A stretch of DNA of 64,000 nt from Flavobacterium sp. (GCF_035299005.1 NZ_DATGXL010000005.1:5756-69755), one strand, 5' to 3'; shown: positions 9,733 through 20,084, numbered from the stretch's first letter. The notes: a model not told the origin generated them from the letters alone. Made by a program: numbers and translations.

Positions 9733-11508
9733 ATGGAAAATTTGCTTTCAAAAATTAAAAATCCTACCGATTTAAGGAAACTTCCTGGAAATCAATTACC
9801 TCAATTGGCCAAAGAATTGAGAGACTTTATCATTGATATTGTTTCCAAGAAAGAAGGGCATTTGGGTGCGAGTTTAGGCGTTGTGGAATTAACGATTGCG
9901 CTACATTACGTTTTCAATACACCAGAAGATTTACTGGTTTGGGATGTGGGTCATCAAGCTTACGGACATAAAATCTTAACCGAAAGACGCGCTGTTTTTC
10001 ATACGAATAGGGAATTGAACGGGATTTCTGGTTTTCCTAAACGAAGTGAAAGTGTTTATGATACGTTTGGTGTTGGACATTCCTCAACTTCAATTTCGGC
10101 CGCTTTAGGAATGGCTTTGGCTTCGCAATTAAAAGGAGAAGTTGGTAAGCAACATATTGCGGTGATTGGAGATGCTTCCATTGCAAGCGGAATGGCTTTT
10201 GAAGGTTTAAATCATGCTGGTGTTACTGATGCAAATTTGTTAGTAATTTTAAACGATAATGCCATTGGAATTGACCCAAGTATTGGTGCTTTGAAAAACT
10301 ATTTGACAGCCGTTAAAGAAGGGAAAAATCCAAAACAGAATAACATTATCAAATCCTTGAATTTTGATTATTCGGGTCCTGTTGACGGGCACGATTTGCC
10401 AAAATTGATTTCTGAATTAGAGCGATTAAAATCAGTTAAAGGACCAAAATTTTTACACGTTATCACCACCAAAGGTAAAGGATTGCAATTAGCTGAAGAA
10501 GATCAAGTAAAATATCACGCACCGGGAAAATTCGATGCTGAAACTGGAAAAATCCATCCAAAAGACGAATCGAATTTACCTCCAAAATTTCAAGATGTTT
10601 TTGGATACACTTTAGTAGAATTAGCTAAGCAAAACGAAAAAATTATAGGAATTACTCCAGCTATGCCTACAGGAAGTTCTATGAAATATATGATGGAAGC
10701 ATTTCCAAAACGCGCAATTGACGTTGGAATTGCTGAACAGCATGCTGTTACCCTGGCCGCTGGAATGGCTACACAAGGAATGGTGGTTTTTTGCAACATC
10801 TACTCTACTTTTTTACAACGCGCATACGACCAAGTGATTCATGATGTGGCTTTACAAGATTTACCTGTTATTTTTTGTTTAGATAGATCAGGTTTGGTGG
10901 GTGAAGATGGCGCAACACATCATGGGGTATTTGATATTGCCTATTTGAATTGCATTCCGAATTTAATTATTGCGGCACCAAAAGATGAAATGGAGTTACG
11001 AAATATTATGTTTACCGCTTCAGAAGGATTGAATCATCCAATTGCAATTCGCTATCCTAGAGGAAGAGGCGAAAACGTGAATTGGGAACAACCTTTTGAG
11101 AAAATTGAAATCGGGAAAGTAGAAAAAATTCATAAAGGAAATAAAGTTGTTATTTTATCCACTGGAACCATTGGGAATAATGTGACTAAAGCTATACTTG
11201 AAGTGGAAAATCCAAATTTTTTCTCGCATTATCATTTTCCATTCATAAAACCATTAAATGTTGATTCTATTAAATCCATTATAAATTCACATGAGCACAT
11301 TGTTACTATTGAAGATGGTGTTGTTACAGGAGGTTTTGGAGAACAAATTAATACTATTATAGTTTCTAAAAACTTGAACAAACCAGTAGTTAATTTAGGA
11401 ATTCCTGATAAGTTTATTGAACAAGGTACGGTTTTTGAGCAACAACAAATTTGTAAAATCGACGTTCAAAGTTTAATTCAATTATTTAATACTATATCAC
11501 ATGATTAA
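9733..11508 (+). CDS. dxs: 1-deoxy-D-xylulose-5-phosphate synthase
   Basis: GHLGASLG, WDVGHQAY, GHSSTSISA, GDASIASGMAFE, DVGIAEQHAV, RYPRG. Confidence 0.95.
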   Translation: MENLLSKIKNPTDLRKLPGNQLPQLAKELRDFIIDIVSKKEGHLGASLGVVELTIALHYVFNTPEDLLVWDVGHQAYGHKILTERRAVFHTNRELNGISGFPKRSESVYDTFGVGHSSTSISAALGMALASQLKGEVGKQHIAVIGDASIASGMAFEGLNHAGVTDANLLVILNDNAIGIDPSIGALKNYLTAVKEGKNPKQNNIIKSLNFDYSGPVDGHDLPKLISELERLKSVKGPKFLHVITTKGKGLQLAEEDQVKYHAPGKFDAETGKIHPKDESNLPPKFQDVFGYTLVELAKQNEKIIGITPAMPTGSSMKYMMEAFPKRAIDVGIAEQHAVTLAAGMATQGMVVFCNIYSTFLQRAYDQVIHDVALQDLPVIFCLDRSGLVGEDGATHHGVFDIAYLNCIPNLIIAAPKDEMELRNIMFTASEGLNHPIAIRYPRGRGENVNWEQPFEKIEIGKVEKIHKGNKVVILSTGTIGNNVTKAILEVENPNFFSHYHFPFIKPLNVDSIKSIINSHEHIVTIEDGVVTGGFGEQINTIIVSKNLNKPVVNLGIPDKFIEQGTVFEQQQICKIDVQSLIQLFNTISHD

Positions 11509-12445
11509 AAAAGCCTACCTACTAGGATTTTTATTTTTTGCCTTACAAAATAATTTTGCGCAAATTGTTAGAACCGAATTACCTGATTCAACCTCAAATT
11601 GGACTAAAGAAAACAAAATAGGATTAGATATCTCCCAAATTACTTTTGTAAATTGGAATGCAGGAGGAAATAATTCAGTTTCTGGGTTGTTGAAAGGGCA
11701 ATTTATAAGAACTTATACTAATGGAAATTTACATTGGAAAAATGAATTAATTACACGTTATGGTATAAATAAACAAGAAGCTCAAGATGTTAGAAAAACG
11801 GATGATCAACTTCAAGTAAATTCTACTTTTGGATATAGAAAAGATACAATTTCAAATTGGTACTATGCAGGGAAGTTTAACTTTAATACTCAATTTGCAA
11901 ATGGTTACGCTTATCCCAATACTGATTTAGCAATTTCAAAACCATTTGCACCAGCCTATATATTTTTAGGAATCGGAGCTGAATATTCTAGAAAAGATTT
12001 GAATTTTAATCTTTACTTGTCTCCATTAACAAATAAAACAACCCTTGTTTTTGACCAACGATTAGCTAATCAAGGAGCTTTTGGTGTAGATAAAGCAGTT
12101 TACGATATTGATGGTAATTTAATTAGAGAAGGAAAAAACACGAGAACAGAAGTAGGTATTTTAGTGACGAATCAATGGAAAAAAGAAATATATAAAAATA
12201 TTAACTTAGAACACAGAATTAGCTTATACACCGACTATATTAATAAATTTGGCAATATTGATGTAGATTGGCAATTGCAATTAGCAATGGTCGTAAATCA
12301 ATATGTGAAAGCAAACATTGGAACCCACTTGCTTTATGATGATGATATCAAATTTAAAGAAGAAGAGGCTGGCGTTCAAGTTATAAAAGGACCAAGAGTT
12401 CAATTAAAGCAATTATTAGGTGTAGGAATTGAATATAATTTTTAA
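11501..12445 (+). CDS. DUF3078-family outer-membrane protein
   Basis: Signal peptide; SQITFVNWNAGGNNS, FNFNTQFANGY, C-terminal GIEYNF beta-barrel ending. Confidence 0.75.
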   Translation: MIKKAYLLGFLFFALQNNFAQIVRTELPDSTSNWTKENKIGLDISQITFVNWNAGGNNSVSGLLKGQFIRTYTNGNLHWKNELITRYGINKQEAQDVRKTDDQLQVNSTFGYRKDTISNWYYAGKFNFNTQFANGYAYPNTDLAISKPFAPAYIFLGIGAEYSRKDLNFNLYLSPLTNKTTLVFDQRLANQGAFGVDKAVYDIDGNLIREGKNTRTEVGILVTNQWKKEIYKNINLEHRISLYTDYINKFGNIDVDWQLQLAMVVNQYVKANIGTHLLYDDDIKFKEEEAGVQVIKGPRVQLKQLLGVGIEYNF

Positions 12446-12457
12446 TTATTTTAGAAT

Positions 12458-12488
12458 AAAAAAAAGGGACATTAAATCCCTTTTTTTT
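12458..12488. terminator. Bidirectional terminator
   Basis: A8-ggga...tccc-T8 between convergent genes. Confidence 0.7.
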
Positions 12489-12491
12489 ATT

Positions 12492-13106
12492 CTAAAATAA
12501 TCCGTTTAACTCGGCATCAATTCTATTAATAATATTTCCTAAATCTTCTGGATTGTTAACAAAATCTATATTGTCTACATCAATAATTACAAGTTTCCCT
12601 TTGTCATAGGTTTGAATCCAAGCTTCGTATCTTTCGTTCAAGCGACTTAAATAATCAATTGAAATTGAGTTTTCGTAATCTCTTCCTCTTTTGTGAATTT
12701 GACTTACTAAATTAGGAATTGAACTTCTTAAATAAATCAATAAATCTGGAGAACCAACCAAGCCTTCCATTAATTCAAATAAAGAAGTATAGTTGTTGTA
12801 ATCCCTATTTGCCATTAATCCCATAGCATGAAGATTAGGAGCAAAAATATGTGCATCTTCATAAATGGTTCTATCTTGAATAATGTTTTTTCCACTTTGT
12901 CTAATTTGCAATACTTGACGAAAACGGCTGTTTAAGAAATAGATTTGAAGATTAAAACTCCAACGTTCCATTTGATGATAAAAATCGTCTAAATATGGAT
13001 TATCTACTACATCTTCAAAGTGTGGTTCCCATTTAAAATGTTTTGCTAATAATCGGGTAAGCGTTGTTTTTCCTGCTCCAATGTTTCCTGCTACTGCTAT
13101 GTGCAT
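12492..13106 (-). CDS. Deoxynucleoside kinase
   Basis: GNIGAGKTT P-loop, ERWSFNLQIYF, QDRTIYED. Confidence 0.92.
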   Translation of the reverse strand: MHIAVAGNIGAGKTTLTRLLAKHFKWEPHFEDVVDNPYLDDFYHQMERWSFNLQIYFLNSRFRQVLQIRQSGKNIIQDRTIYEDAHIFAPNLHAMGLMANRDYNNYTSLFELMEGLVGSPDLLIYLRSSIPNLVSQIHKRGRDYENSISIDYLSRLNERYEAWIQTYDKGKLVIIDVDNIDFVNNPEDLGNIINRIDAELNGLF

Positions 13107-13903
13107 TATGGTAAAATTATTTTATAATTAGTAATTTCATTTTGGGTAAAAATAGCTAAAATTCCATCCGCAAAGAAAAAATTAGTAACGAAATTTTCAG
13201 CAATTTTAATTTTTAAATTCTTGTTGTTTTTAATTTCATAATAATACAGTTGATTTTCATGGCTATAGATTGCTATTTCGTCATTAATCAATTGAATTTT
13301 ATCAAAATTTGGTAACTCGCCAAGTGTTTTAATTGTTCCGTAAATTGAAATAGAGTAGAGCTTATTTTTAGTATCAAGCCAATAAAAATTGGTATAGTTT
13401 GAATGATAATATTTTACAGGGCTTTCCAAACTAGTTGTAATCCAATTAAGAGCATCATTTGTTAAATTATATAGTCCAATTTTTGAAGAGATTGTATCAA
13501 AAAACCATAATTTGTTTTGAGAAGATAATGCAATTGCTTCAACATTAACAGACTCAGATAAGAAATTAAAATTTATTTCTTTTATTTCATTTAATTGATT
13601 GTCTAATAAAATTGCAGTGTTGAAATCGTTATAAAAAACCACAATTTGCAATGGATTTTGAAAATCAACTCTCGAAATTTTTCCTAAACGCACATTTTTA
13701 TATTCAAAATGATTTTGTAAATGATTTTTTAAAAGAACATTGTCTTTTGTGGTATAGAAGTTTTGCTGGTTGTCAAATCCTAAAAATAGTTCAGCTTGTA
13801 TTTTAGTGCAATTGATTTTTTCTGTTAAAATTGTTTCTTGAGAAAACATGCTTTTAGCAAAAAGAAAAAGAAAACAAAATAACACAGCGTTTTTTCGTAA
13901 CAT
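13106..13903 (-). CDS. Exported hypothetical protein
   Basis: 265-aa ORF with a signal peptide; its stop overlaps the kinase start. Confidence 0.75.
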   Translation of the reverse strand: MLRKNAVLFCFLFLFAKSMFSQETILTEKINCTKIQAELFLGFDNQQNFYTTKDNVLLKNHLQNHFEYKNVRLGKISRVDFQNPLQIVVFYNDFNTAILLDNQLNEIKEINFNFLSESVNVEAIALSSQNKLWFFDTISSKIGLYNLTNDALNWITTSLESPVKYYHSNYTNFYWLDTKNKLYSISIYGTIKTLGELPNFDKIQLINDEIAIYSHENQLYYYEIKNNKNLKIKIAENFVTNFFFADGILAIFTQNEITNYKIILP

Positions 13904-14026
13904 TGTTTTAAACTAATTTGAGATTCAAGTGTCTAATATACTACTTTAACACAAAATTAGTAGATAAATTGTGTAACAATTTGCACTTTTGAAGGTCTAA
14001 ACATGTATCTAATTTATTCTATAACA

Positions 14027-14926
14027 ATGAAAAAAATAATTATTGCTTCAATTTTAATGATTTCTGGTTTTATACAAGCTCAGAATTTTCAAGGTATGGC
14101 GGTTTATGAATCAAAAACAAGTACAGCAGATTTTATGAAAGGCATGCAAGGAAATAAAGATATTACTCCTGAAATGCAAAAACAGATTGAAGAGCGTATG
14201 AAAAAAATGTTTGAAAAAACATTTATTTTAAATTTTGATAAATCGGCTTCAATATATAAAGAGGAAGAAAAATTAGATGCACCAGGACAGCAAGGTGGAG
14301 GCAGAATGATGATGTCTATGATGGGTGGAGGCGGAACGCATTATAAAAATGTAAAACAAAAACAAGTAATTGTAGATAAAGAATTTTTTGGAAAAGAATT
14401 TTTAATTAAAGATTCATTGCCAAAATATGATTGGAAATTAGACGGAGAATCAAAGCAAATAGGAAGTTATACTTGTTTTAAAGCAACAGCAGTTGTTAAA
14501 GTAAGTGAATCTGATTTTAGAAATTTTAGATTTAGAAATAAAGAAGGCGATAAAAAGGAAGAAACTGTAAAAGATTCTACTAAAGCAAAAAAAACAAACT
14601 TTACAGATGATTGGGAAATGCCAAAAGAAAACACCATTACTGCTTGGTATTGTCCAGAAATTCCAGTCAATCAGGGGCCTGAAAATTATTGGGGGTTACC
14701 AGGGCTAATTTTAGAAGTAAACGATGGTAAAACAATTATTCTATGTTCAAAAATTGTAATGAACCCAAAAGATAAAGTAGAAATTGTTCCTGCTACCAAA
14801 GGAAAAGAAGTAACTCAAAAAGAATACGACGAAATTGTTAAAAAGAAAATGGAAGAAATGCGTGAAATGAATTCGGGTCCTGGAGGACAACAACGTGGCG
14901 GATTTAGAATGAGTGGAGGAAGATAA
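14027..14926 (+). CDS. GLPGLI family protein
   Basis: Signal peptide; AWYCPEIP..QGPENYWGLPGLILEV. Start moved from 14003 to 14027. Confidence 0.92.
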   Translation: MKKIIIASILMISGFIQAQNFQGMAVYESKTSTADFMKGMQGNKDITPEMQKQIEERMKKMFEKTFILNFDKSASIYKEEEKLDAPGQQGGGRMMMSMMGGGGTHYKNVKQKQVIVDKEFFGKEFLIKDSLPKYDWKLDGESKQIGSYTCFKATAVVKVSESDFRNFRFRNKEGDKKEETVKDSTKAKKTNFTDDWEMPKENTITAWYCPEIPVNQGPENYWGLPGLILEVNDGKTIILCSKIVMNPKDKVEIVPATKGKEVTQKEYDEIVKKKMEEMREMNSGPGGQQRGGFRMSGGR

Positions 14927-14939
14927 TTTATTTTAAAGT

Positions 14940-17672
14940 ATGAAACAATTAATCACATTTCTTATAATGGCACTTTCTACAGGTGCCTTTTCTCAAAATA
15001 TTCGTTTTGAAGGTGTTATCAAGGATTCAACAGGTGTTGGGTTAGAAATGGCAAACATTATGGCTGTAAATCAGCAAACAAAAGCAATGGATGCCTATGC
15101 TATTACAAATGAAGCAGGAAAATTTGTTTTGAATTTGAATGCTAATACTGCTTATATTATCAAAGCAAGTTATTTAGGGTACGAAAATTATGAAAAAACG
15201 ATTCAAACCGGTAGTTCTAATATGAATTATAACGTAGTTTTAAGAGAAGGAATTCTGTTAAAAGGAGTTGAAATTGTTCATGAAATGCCAGTGCGAATTT
15301 CGGGAGATACAATTATATATAATGCTGATTCATTTAAAAATGGAACAGAACGAAAATTAGAAGACGTACTAAAAAAATTGCCAGGAGTTGAAGTAAATAA
15401 AGATGGAGAAATTGAAGTTGAAGGCAAAAAAGTCCAAAAGGTGATGGTGGAAGGGAAAGATTTTTTTGATGGAGATACAAAATTAGCCACAAAAAATATT
15501 CCTGCTGATGCATTAGATAAAATCCAAGTTTTACGAAATTATAACGAGGTTACTAATTTAAAAGGATTAGAAAATAACGAGGAAAATGTTGCGCTTAATA
15601 TTAAATTAAAAGATGGGAAAAAGAACTTTTGGTTTGGGGATATAACAGCAGGTATAGGTGTTGGACACGAAGAAGATAGGTATATTGTTAATCCGAAATT
15701 GTTTTACTACAATCCAAAATTTAGTTTAAATGTTATTGGGAATAAAAATAATATTGGTGAACTACCATTAACAGCTCAAGATTATTTTAAGTTTACAGGC
15801 GGATTCAAAAACATGATGCGAAAAGGCGGTTCTTCTTTCAATGTAGTGTCAAATGATTTAGGTATTTTGGGACTTCGTAATAACCAAGCAGCTAATATTG
15901 AATCCTCTTTTGGGGCGGCAAATTTTAGTTTCAATCCTTCAAAAGCATGGACATTAAGTGGTTTTGGAATTCTATTAGGGAACAAAACTGAAATTGAAAC
16001 AAAAACCGTATCAAATCGTACGGATGAATTGCCTGATGGCTCAACTCAAATAGTTTCAGAAACAAAAGAAGATTTCACTAGACAAGACAGTAAACAAGCA
16101 TTGTTGAAATTAAGTTCGAGTTATGTTCCTTCTGAGAAAGTGCATTTTGATTATGATGCGCTGGTAAAATTTTCAGATCAAAAAGAGAATACAAGTTTAT
16201 ATTCTAATTTGCTTTCTGATATTTATACCAATAAAAAACAGAATCCATTTTCTATCAATCAAAATCTTAATTATTATTACACATTAAGTGATAAACATGT
16301 TTTTGCTTTTGAAATGCAACACATGTACCAAGATGAAGATCCTTTGTATAATGCTAATCTAGAAACACAGCCTTTCGTTTTGTCGGGTTATGACACTACT
16401 CAAACTAGAGACGATATTAGTCAAAAACGTTTTGTAAAAACGAATAAGTTAGATTCGAAATTTGATTATTATTATATGATTACACCCAAAAGCAATATTA
16501 ATTTGACTATAGGAAATACTTATTCGTATCAAAATTTCGATTCTTCTATTTTTCAAATATTAGATAATGGTACACAAAATAATTTAACCGCTACCGAGAA
16601 CAGTAATGATGTAAACTATATGTTTAACGATGTGTTTCTTGGAGTGCATTATAAATTTTTAACAGGAAAATTCACATTCAATCCTGGATTTAGTGTGCAT
16701 CAATACAATATGAATGACGAGCAACTAGGGACTTCAAATAAGCAATCTTTTACAAGAATTCTACCAGATGTTTATGCTTTGTGGCAAATAAAAAAATCTG
16801 AAACATTAACTTATAATTATTCGTTGACCAATAATTTTACTGATATCAACAAATTAGCACAAGGTTATGTTTTTTCAAATTATAACAGCTTGTTTAGCGG
16901 AAATAGATATTTAGAAAATTCAACTTCTCAAGTACATTCATTGCGTTATTTTAAATATAACATGTTTAATTTTGAAAATATTTTTGCAAATATTTCTTAT
17001 ACTAAACAAGTTGATGCTATAAAAAACAAAGCATTATTTTCTGGAGTAAATCAGGTTTCTTCTGCGGTCAATATTAATTCTAGTTTTCCAGAAGAATCAT
17101 TGAGTGGAAGTGCAAATTATGGGCGTTCGTTTTTTAAATATTATAAAGCTAATGCTCGTGTTTCTATTGGATGGAATAAGTTTAATAATATTCGTGTTTA
17201 TCCAGATGCTGATACAGACCCAGATAATAACCCAACAGCTATTCAAACTACGGAATCACTTAATCAAAGTTATTCATTAGGATTTTCGACTAATTTTAAA
17301 CAATTGCCAAATTTAGGTGTGTCATACAATTATTCAATTAGTGATAATTTTTCTGATATTGTATATACCGATAGTCCGTCATTAACTTTAGAGTATTATT
17401 TCTTAGAAGCGTTTTCTTTCACATCGGAATATAACTTTTTTCATAATTACAATAAATCAAAAACAATTGATAGCGAATATGATTTCTTATCAGCGAATAT
17501 TATGTATCAAAAGAAAGATAGTAAATGGGAATGGAAATTATCAGGAACCAATTTGTTGGATACAAAATCACTAGATAGCAATAGTTTTAGTCAATTAGGA
17601 GGTACAAGTACTTTTTCAAGTTACAAAGTACAACCGCGATATTTGATTTTAAGTTTGAAATATAATTTGTAA
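14940..17672 (+). CDS. Outer-membrane beta-barrel (TonB-dependent-receptor-like) with N-terminal carboxypeptidase-regulatory-like domain
   Basis: Signal peptide; GDTIIYNADSF, LEDVLKKLPGVEV, KVMVEGKDFFDGD; ends LSLKYNL. Usual partner of GLPGLI genes. Confidence 0.82.
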   Translation: MKQLITFLIMALSTGAFSQNIRFEGVIKDSTGVGLEMANIMAVNQQTKAMDAYAITNEAGKFVLNLNANTAYIIKASYLGYENYEKTIQTGSSNMNYNVVLREGILLKGVEIVHEMPVRISGDTIIYNADSFKNGTERKLEDVLKKLPGVEVNKDGEIEVEGKKVQKVMVEGKDFFDGDTKLATKNIPADALDKIQVLRNYNEVTNLKGLENNEENVALNIKLKDGKKNFWFGDITAGIGVGHEEDRYIVNPKLFYYNPKFSLNVIGNKNNIGELPLTAQDYFKFTGGFKNMMRKGGSSFNVVSNDLGILGLRNNQAANIESSFGAANFSFNPSKAWTLSGFGILLGNKTEIETKTVSNRTDELPDGSTQIVSETKEDFTRQDSKQALLKLSSSYVPSEKVHFDYDALVKFSDQKENTSLYSNLLSDIYTNKKQNPFSINQNLNYYYTLSDKHVFAFEMQHMYQDEDPLYNANLETQPFVLSGYDTTQTRDDISQKRFVKTNKLDSKFDYYYMITPKSNINLTIGNTYSYQNFDSSIFQILDNGTQNNLTATENSNDVNYMFNDVFLGVHYKFLTGKFTFNPGFSVHQYNMNDEQLGTSNKQSFTRILPDVYALWQIKKSETLTYNYSLTNNFTDINKLAQGYVFSNYNSLFSGNRYLENSTSQVHSLRYFKYNMFNFENIFANISYTKQVDAIKNKALFSGVNQVSSAVNINSSFPEESLSGSANYGRSFFKYYKANARVSIGWNKFNNIRVYPDADTDPDNNPTAIQTTESLNQSYSLGFSTNFKQLPNLGVSYNYSISDNFSDIVYTDSPSLTLEYYFLEAFSFTSEYNFFHNYNKSKTIDSEYDFLSANIMYQKKDSKWEWKLSGTNLLDTKSLDSNSFSQLGGTSTFSSYKVQPRYLILSLKYNL

Positions 17673-17769
17673 AAACTCATACTCCATTAAAATACGTTGT
17701 AACATATTTTTAATACGTACAATTACCTATTTAAAATAGTATCGAACGTATTTAAATAGGGTTTTAAAG

Positions 17770-17803
17770 AAATCCCAAATTCAAATAGAGTTTGGGATTT
17801 TTT
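17770..17803 (+). terminator. Intrinsic terminator
   Basis: aaatcccaaattc-aaata-gagtttgggattt followed by T residues. Confidence 0.8.
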
Positions 17804-17942
17804 ATTAAAACTTGTCTATTAAATAAATCCATAAATATAAAATCAAAAACTTTAACAAAATGTACAGAAAATCTGTAATATAGTTTCATTTTACCTTTAT
17901 TATATTTATAGCGAAAATTTCATTACTTAAAAAAACATTTTT

Positions 17943-19430
17943 ATGAGGCAACAAATTAAATTCCTCCTTTCTTTTTTAACTATTTTACTTTTTTTTACTT
18001 CTTGTAGTGAAGATTTGTATGAAAACCAAATTCCACAAACGAAAAGTAAGTTTAATATCAAAAAAATAAATCATTCTGAAATATATAAAAACAATGCGAT
18101 AGCGCAAAAGTTAGGACAAATTCAAAATTTCAAAAGCAAACTTGCCAATAGCAGAGTTGTTTATGATCCTATTTACGATTTCTTTATAAATACAGATGAA
18201 GCACTTTATATTGCTGACGGTGTTTCAGAATCGTATACATTTCCTGTTTATAGAGCCAGTGAAACTACAGTTTTAGAAAACCTTGTTATTCATGTTGAAG
18301 AGAATCAAATCTTAACCTATTTAGTTGATTATGGTCATCCTCTAAATGAACTTCAAAACATGACTCAGCAGCAATTAGAACAAAATGTAGTAAAACATTA
18401 TTTAATTGATTTTAATCCAAGTAATGTATTAAGTAATCGAGTAGCAATGGCACAATATGTATGTTTTCAATCGTATGTATGGGATCCAAGTATTCCTTGT
18501 AATGAAGGGGAGCTAGTTGGTGCTGGACAAGGAATATATTGTGGTGGATGGGTTGTTCAAAGTTCATATTGTCAATGGGTATATGACACTTCAAATGGTG
18601 GTTCACTTAATGGAACTCCTGATGAAACCGAAGATATTTCTGATGGAGTTGAAAATATTGGCAATGGTGCTATTTCAAATTCAACTATAAACACATCATT
18701 TGTAGGCTGTTCAAATTGCCCAGATATTTCTTTAGAATTAGAAGAATTTTTATCAAATTTAACTTCTGATCAATTGAATTGGTGGAATAACCCAAGAAAT
18801 AGAAATGCTGTAGAATCTATTGAAGGTTATCTGGCACAAAATAATTTCAACGCTCAAAGCAATCAGTTTGTAAAGGAGTTGATTGATGAATTATTAAACA
18901 ATCAGCAACCTGTTTTTACTATATCTGACTATCCTGGAAAAAATGACGGAATGCCATTTGGATGGTGGAAGGACAATCAATATATGTTGTCCAATTTTGA
19001 CATATTGGAGGAAGATCCAAATCCAGCTGAATTACTTGCCTTTAGTCTTTTTCCAGATAAAGCTTTATTGCATATTCAAAATTCTACAACTGCATTGGAC
19101 AAAGCTCAACAATTAGTAGCAAACAGTACGTTAACAGGCATTGAAGATGGCAGGGCAGATGCATTTAGACATGCTTATTGGAATGCTCTAGGTACTGCTG
19201 AATTTGGTTCAAATATTACTCAAATATTTACTGATGCTCATGAAGCATATTCAAGTGGATTACCAAAACAAATGGATTTACATAATAACCAAAAAGGTCG
19301 TGAAAAATCAATAAGTATGTCATTTAATTTTTTAACAAGTGATTCCGACATTGCAGATTCTATTTTAATTGAAGTTTATGTTGGGCATTTACTATTCATT
19401 CTTAATGGAATTTTAACACCAACTGACTAA
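17943..19430 (+). CDS. Lipoprotein with Cys-rich linker and C-terminal DUF6973-like domain
   Basis: Lipobox FTSC followed by acidic SEDLYE; C-terminal DAFRHAYWNA...DAHE...MDLHNNQKGR motif set. Confidence 0.75.
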   Translation: MRQQIKFLLSFLTILLFFTSCSEDLYENQIPQTKSKFNIKKINHSEIYKNNAIAQKLGQIQNFKSKLANSRVVYDPIYDFFINTDEALYIADGVSESYTFPVYRASETTVLENLVIHVEENQILTYLVDYGHPLNELQNMTQQQLEQNVVKHYLIDFNPSNVLSNRVAMAQYVCFQSYVWDPSIPCNEGELVGAGQGIYCGGWVVQSSYCQWVYDTSNGGSLNGTPDETEDISDGVENIGNGAISNSTINTSFVGCSNCPDISLELEEFLSNLTSDQLNWWNNPRNRNAVESIEGYLAQNNFNAQSNQFVKELIDELLNNQQPVFTISDYPGKNDGMPFGWWKDNQYMLSNFDILEEDPNPAELLAFSLFPDKALLHIQNSTTALDKAQQLVANSTLTGIEDGRADAFRHAYWNALGTAEFGSNITQIFTDAHEAYSSGLPKQMDLHNNQKGREKSISMSFNFLTSDSDIADSILIEVYVGHLLFILNGILTPTD

Positions 19431-19442
19431 ATATATAATCTC

Positions 19443-19799
19443 ATGAAAACAAAAGTTATTCTATTTATTATGACTACTCTATTAATTTTATTTTATTTTT
19501 TATATAATTCTGATCCTAATTTTTCAAGCAAAAAATACAATCAAAAAGAATGGTTGGGAAATCCCAATAGCAGAATTCATATGGTTAGTGACATCATTAA
19601 TCAAAAAAAATTAATTGGTAAAGATTCTGTTCAAGTTCAAAATGAATTAGGTAAATCTAATGAACCACCAAATAGTAATGAGTGGAAATACTTATTAGGT
19701 TATAAAGGATATTTGAGTGCAGAATTTTATTTCTTAACAATTCATTTTAATAATGGAAATGTAGATAAAGTATATGTTGATGTAATAAAGGAAAATTAA
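19443..19799 (+). CDS. Small membrane-anchored protein, SmpA/BamE-like fold suspected
   Basis: N-terminal TM segment; W...R..M..D......GK....V...LG...EWKY.LG pattern; starts 12 nt after the lipoprotein gene. Confidence 0.65.
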   Translation: MKTKVILFIMTTLLILFYFLYNSDPNFSSKKYNQKEWLGNPNSRIHMVSDIINQKKLIGKDSVQVQNELGKSNEPPNSNEWKYLLGYKGYLSAEFYFLTIHFNNGNVDKVYVDVIKEN

Positions 19800-19825
19800 T
19801 TCAGTCTATAACCACTGTTTGTAGT

Positions 19826-19866
19826 AATAGCGGCTTTCGAGCATAACTGAAAGTCGCTATTTTATT
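19826..19866 (+). terminator. Hairpin after the two-gene module
   Basis: aatagcggctttc-N10-gaaagtcgctatt followed by ttatt. Confidence 0.55.
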
Positions 19867-19946
19867 GTTAAATCTGGCAACAGAAATTTCCATTAACAAA
19901 AATTCGGGCACTATAATTTCTTCAACTATAATAAATGACTAAAATT

Positions 19947-20084
19947 ATGAAAACTACATACTTCTTTGACCCATTTTCGGCTGCTTTACAAGTTTTATTG
20001 CTTATCGGATTTATTTTTATATTATATTATCTAATTAAATTATATAGAAAAATAGTTAAATTTTTAGATAAAAATAGTAAATAA
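19947..20084 (+). CDS. Small single-TM membrane peptide (45 aa; not in the ORF track)
   Basis: MKTTYFFDPFSAALQVLLLIGFIFIYYYLIKLYRKIVKFLDKNSK; alternative in-frame ATG at 19935. Confidence 0.55.
   Translation: MKTTYFFDPFSAALQVLLLIGFIFILYYLIKLYRKIVKFLDKNSK

Noticed and set aside
9733-11508. Short dxs (591 aa) as a truncated gene
   Set aside because: All TPP-binding and catalytic motifs are present; only the variable central linker is shorter.
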